Source: Bacillota bacterium (GTDB lineage: Bacteria; Bacillota; UBA994; UBA5500). From it: a DNA stretch of 57,155 bases. Numbering within the stretch: the stretch's first letter is position 1; each line of letters starts with the position of its first letter. The position numbers were made by a program, and so were the translations under genes. Shown here in pieces: positions 53,708-57,155 of the stretch. The notes below the pieces were generated by a model, which was not told the origin of the DNA, did no database searches, and saw only the letters and a list, made by a program, of their open reading frames with translations. The stretch is from NCBI GenBank assembly GCA_041686915.1, contig JAWLDB010000003.1, positions 1-57,155 on the forward strand. The letters run 5' to 3'.

Positions 53708-55626
53708 AACACGTGATCGTTGGTACTGCCGGTCATATAGACCATGGTAAGACAACGCTGGTTAAGGCCTTGACCGGCATAGATACGGACCGGTGGAAGG
53801 AAGAAAAAGAGCGGGGCATAACCATTGACTTGGGCTTTGCCTATTTTGACTTGCCAGGCGGACGCCGGGCGGGAATTGTTGATGTACCGGGTCACGAGAA
53901 ATTCATCAAGAACATGCTTGCAGGCGCGGGCGGGATAGATATTGTGGTGCTCGTGGTAGCAGCTGATGAAGGCATCATGCCGCAAACCCTTGAGCATCTG
54001 AACATACTGTCCTTGCTTGAGACCAAGCAGGGCATCGTCGCCCTGACCAAGGTAGATATGGTAGATCCTGACTGGCTGGAGCTGGTGATGGACGACGTGC
54101 ACGATCGCCTGCAGGGCACATTTTTGGAGGATGCACCCATAATCCCAGTCTCAGCCGTCACCCGTCAGGGATTAGACGACTTGGTTGCAGCTATTGATCA
54201 GCTGACCGAGGAAGTGCAAGCTAGGGACGAGCACTTGCCTTTTCGTTTGCCAATTGACCGGGTCTTCAGCATCACCGGTTTTGGCACGGTAGTCACAGGC
54301 ACCTTGCTTTCGGGAATTGTTAACGTGGGGGACAGGGCGGAGGTGCACCCAAGTAACCAGGAAACCCGTGTTCGCTCGGTGCAAGTGCATGGCAAGAAAG
54401 CAGATCAGGGCTTCGCCGGGCAACGTGTAGCAATGAATGTAACCGGCCTTGAAGTCAGCGACCTCAAGCGTGGCGATGTGTTGGTCTCGCCTGGGTTGAT
54501 TAGCCCGACACTGATGCTGGATGTCCGATTGCAGCTTTTGAAAGATACAGATAAGCCTCTGGAAAACAGGGAGCGCCTAAGGTTATATACCGGTACCAGT
54601 GAGGTATTCTGCCGGGCAGTGCTGTTGGACGCTGAACTGTTGATGCCTGGTGAGACTGCTTTGGTGCAGCTCAGGTTGGAAGAACCGGTAGCGGTACTTT
54701 CTGGCGACCGGTTTGTTGTCCGTACCTATTCCCCAATGTTTACTATTGGGGGGGGCACCATTCTGGACGCGCACCCTAAGAAACGTAAGCGGTTTAAGCA
54801 AGAAGGGCTCGACGAACTGATGCGGCGAGAAAGCGGGGGAGACATCGAGATCCTCAATCAGACACTGCTGCAGCATAGTGACGAATTCCCCGCAGAAGAC
54901 GAGCTCTTCCGCCTGGCTGGACGGCCAGCTGAGGATTTGGCTGAGGCGCTTGAACAACTGCAGGCGGATGATCTGGCAGTCGCTTTGACGGTAGATGGCA
55001 AACCTACGTATATACATGCTGACTATCTGCAGAAGCTGGGAGAACGAGCGCAGAAAGCTCTAAACGATTTTCACGGCCGCTACCCACTGCGTCCTGGCAT
55101 GCCCAAGGAAGAGTTGCGTAGCCGGGTCTTCCGCAACGCATCCAGTAAGCTCTTTAACAGCCTTCTCACCTTGCTGAGTGGGGAAGGTAAGCTGGTAGTA
55201 AAGGGTGGTGTGATCACTGCCCCCGCTTTTCAGGTTGAGTTCAAGGGACAAAGCGCTGTTCTGCGTGGCAAGCTACTGGATGCGCTAACGTCCAATCAGT
55301 TCAGCCCTCCCGACCTGAGTGAATTGTCTGATCTACTGCGCGAGAGCCCAGACCGGTTGAGCGAACTGGTGAATGCCTTAGATAACTTGGGCGAAGTAGT
55401 GAAGGTGAGTGGCGAAATCACCCTCGCTACTGAGGCTTACCTGGCAGCCAAAGAGAAGGTGGTTGCAACCATCCGTGAGAAGGGTAGCCTGGCTTTGGCT
55501 GACCTGCGTGATGCGTTGCAGACCAGTCGCAAGTACGCCCTGCCCATTCTGGAGTATCTCGATGCACAGAAGGTTACCGTACGCAAGGGCGACGTCAGGG
55601 TACTGCACTCCCAGTACTCGGAATAA
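53704..55626 (+). CDS. selB: Selenocysteine-specific translation elongation factor
   Basis: GTPase motifs [18 protein letters not shown] and TKVD, plus long C-terminal winged-helix SECIS-binding domains. ATGA overlap with selA. Confidence 0.9.
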   Translation: MKHVIVGTAGHIDHGKTTLVKALTGIDTDRWKEEKERGITIDLGFAYFDLPGGRRAGIVDVPGHEKFIKNMLAGAGGIDIVVLVVAADEGIMPQTLEHLNILSLLETKQGIVALTKVDMVDPDWLELVMDDVHDRLQGTFLEDAPIIPVSAVTRQGLDDLVAAIDQLTEEVQARDEHLPFRLPIDRVFSITGFGTVVTGTLLSGIVNVGDRAEVHPSNQETRVRSVQVHGKKADQGFAGQRVAMNVTGLEVSDLKRGDVLVSPGLISPTLMLDVRLQLLKDTDKPLENRERLRLYTGTSEVFCRAVLLDAELLMPGETALVQLRLEEPVAVLSGDRFVVRTYSPMFTIGGGTILDAHPKKRKRFKQEGLDELMRRESGGDIEILNQTLLQHSDEFPAEDELFRLAGRPAEDLAEALEQLQADDLAVALTVDGKPTYIHADYLQKLGERAQKALNDFHGRYPLRPGMPKEELRSRVFRNASSKLFNSLLTLLSGEGKLVVKGGVITAPAFQVEFKGQSAVLRGKLLDALTSNQFSPPDLSELSDLLRESPDRLSELVNALDNLGEVVKVSGEITLATEAYLAAKEKVVATIREKGSLALADLRDALQTSRKYALPILEYLDAQKVTVRKGDVRVLHSQYSE

Positions 55627-55642
55627 TGGTTTCAGGCACACA

Positions 55643-55675
55643 AAAGCACCTGTCCGACTCGACAGGTGCTTTTTG
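55643..55675. terminator. Terminator hairpin after selB
   Basis: AAAGCACCTGTC-cgactc-GACAGGTGCTTT followed by TT. Confidence 0.85.
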
Positions 55676-55747
55676 CTGTCATACTGAGACCTATGGTGGT
55701 ATAGGGGTCGAACATGTTCCGCCGCCTGGCGAGTCATCGCGTCGCGC

Positions 55748-57037
55748 CTACCTGCTGACAGCTAGCGCGCCCGTTTCATTGGCCATCATGTCCTGCTCAA
55801 CCTTAGTGAAGTGCTTGCGGTAGTAGACCGTCGCAATAAAGTAGAGTACTGCAGTCACTATATAGGGTGATGAGTTGCCAAAGCTGTCCATCATGAATCC
55901 GCCAATGGCGCCAGCTATGGCACGAGTTATCTGGTTGGTCATATTAAACAGGCTGTTGGCTGTTGCTCTTTGCCGTCCCTCAAGCATTTCCATGGCAAAC
56001 GTGCCAGAGATAGGTGACGACATGTTCATCAGAGCGTTCCTGATCCAAAATGCTACCGCGACGACTGCCAAGCTGGGCACATACCCTGCTGTTAGCAAGA
56101 AGGGGATTGATATCATCTGCGTCATGGAGACTGCACGTACCTTCCCAAAGCGCTGCGCCAGGAGCGGGCTGGCTAATACGGCCACGGTAAGTATCACCCG
56201 GGATATTGACATAATTGAACCAACCTGGGCCGTGGTTGCACCTAGCTGATCTCGCAAAAAGACGTTGAAGAAAGGAACAACCATGCCTGCACCCATGCCG
56301 ATAAAACCGTTGAAAATCGCCAGACGGCGAATGTTCTCTGACTTGAGCGCCGCACCTAGTTCAGTCAGTGCAGGACGTTGCTTATACTCGCGCTTGACCT
56401 CTTTGATGAAGAATACCGGAATGGCTGCCACCAGGTAGAAACCGATAGATAAGGCCAGTGTCCAACGTAGAGCGTTTATTTCCAGTCCATCGATGAACGA
56501 TTGGCTCATCAGTAGAGCGGGCAATGCGCCACCCATAGCACTACCTACTACTGATGCCATGGTAGATAGAGCCTGGTTGGTGGAGAACAGATGCACGCGC
56601 TCTTCCGGCTCGCTGTTCTCCATCAGGAAGGGTGCCTGGGAGATAGTCTTAAACGTATTGGATGCGCCGCGCATGAAGTTGAAGAACAGTAGCATCGGTA
56701 ATGCTTGCGTGAAACTGATCTGCCCGAAAGCTGCCATACCACTTAGGATGATGGCATAGTATAGACTTTTGCGCCGGCCGATCCTATCGCTGATTATACC
56801 GGCTGGCAGTGATGCTAAACCAGCTGCCAAGGTCTCTACAAACACCAAAATGCCAATGGTGGAAGTTGAGTAGTTTAGCGCCCTGAGGTAGAGGTTGTAA
56901 GTTACCTGGTAAGCTCCTAAGCTGATCTGACCTAGTGCGATGCAAGCCAGGTAGAGTTGCGCGTTTCTGCGGAACCGTTTGATGCGGCCTAGATAGCCGC
57001 TATCCAGTTTTTCTCTAAGGTAATGTATCTTATCCAT
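55748..57037 (-). CDS. MFS transporter
   Basis: 429 aa, about 12 hydrophobic segments, ISDRIGRRK motif A loop. GGAGAAG SD. Confidence 0.85.
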   Translation of the reverse strand: MDKIHYLREKLDSGYLGRIKRFRRNAQLYLACIALGQISLGAYQVTYNLYLRALNYSTSTIGILVFVETLAAGLASLPAGIISDRIGRRKSLYYAIILSGMAAFGQISFTQALPMLLFFNFMRGASNTFKTISQAPFLMENSEPEERVHLFSTNQALSTMASVVGSAMGGALPALLMSQSFIDGLEINALRWTLALSIGFYLVAAIPVFFIKEVKREYKQRPALTELGAALKSENIRRLAIFNGFIGMGAGMVVPFFNVFLRDQLGATTAQVGSIMSISRVILTVAVLASPLLAQRFGKVRAVSMTQMISIPFLLTAGYVPSLAVVAVAFWIRNALMNMSSPISGTFAMEMLEGRQRATANSLFNMTNQITRAIAGAIGGFMMDSFGNSSPYIVTAVLYFIATVYYRKHFTKVEQDMMANETGALAVSR

Positions 57038-57110
57038 TGCTTCTCCTGCTCTCTCATATTACTGTCCTCAAATCAATTAAACAGCAGGGTGCGTTTTTCC
57101 TGCCTTGGCT

Positions 57111-57140
57111 ATGATAGCGGCAATAGTTTGATAATGTCAA
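57111..57140 (-). promoter_or_regulatory. Sigma-A-type promoter of the MFS gene
   Basis: On the minus strand: TTGACA (57135-57140), 18-nt spacer, TATCAT (57111-57116). Confidence 0.6.
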
Positions 57141-57155
57141 GGACGATAAGAGGCC

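Noticed and set aside
55627-55750. Possible tRNA-Sec (selC) downstream of selB
   Set aside because: Neither strand shows a cloverleaf, a UCA anticodon loop context or a GTTCGA-type T-arm with a complementary stem. The region holds only a terminator hairpin.
57128-57142. Fur-box-like TGATAATGTCAAGGA
   Set aside because: Only one half-site matches TGATAAT. It overlaps the -35 of the MFS promoter, and the second half of the 7-1-7 repeat is missing.
1-57155. CRISPR arrays, transposases, integrases, phage genes, rRNA/tRNA genes
   Set aside because: I looked for spaced direct repeats, terminal inverted repeats, DDE or tyrosine-recombinase motifs and tRNA cloverleaves, and recognised none. The window appears to be stable chromosome rather than a mobile island.

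Overview
Chromosomal segment of a spore-forming, anaerobic Firmicute-type genome. Markers: alpha/beta-type SASP, CwlD-like amidase, PrsW, tungsten-type aldehyde:ferredoxin oxidoreductase, indolepyruvate:ferredoxin oxidoreductase, selA/selB. I call about 57 protein genes (housekeeping and accessory metabolism, cell-wall hydrolases, transporters, second-messenger signalling), many rho-independent terminators and a few sigma-A-like promoters. I recognised no rRNA, tRNA, CRISPR array, transposase or integrase. Two riboswitches are visible by eye. One is a lysine L-box ahead of an NhaC-family transporter (1111-1360). The other is a c-di-AMP (ydaO-type) aptamer (19176-19300) ahead of two tiny uncharacterised ORFs. 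The most interesting item is a 69-codon CopZ-like gene (51060-51269) that the ORF track misses. The first Cys of its GMTCxxC copper-binding loop is an in-frame TGA, and it sits in a same-strand string: fur-family, csoR, this gene, trxB, selA, selB. That makes it a candidate selenocysteine-containing copper chaperone. Other items worth a second look: a MoaD-like (C-terminal GG) / LarE-like PP-loop / ThiF-like E1 gene set next to the AOR operon; a tail-anchored protein built from six ~22-residue GRxGG repeats; a triple-GNAT fusion; an FtsX permease with an extra C-terminal domain; a shared palindrome in two promoter regions; an S41-peptidase gene remnant; and an apparent AUC start codon. All functional calls rest on motif recognition by eye; no database search was possible.
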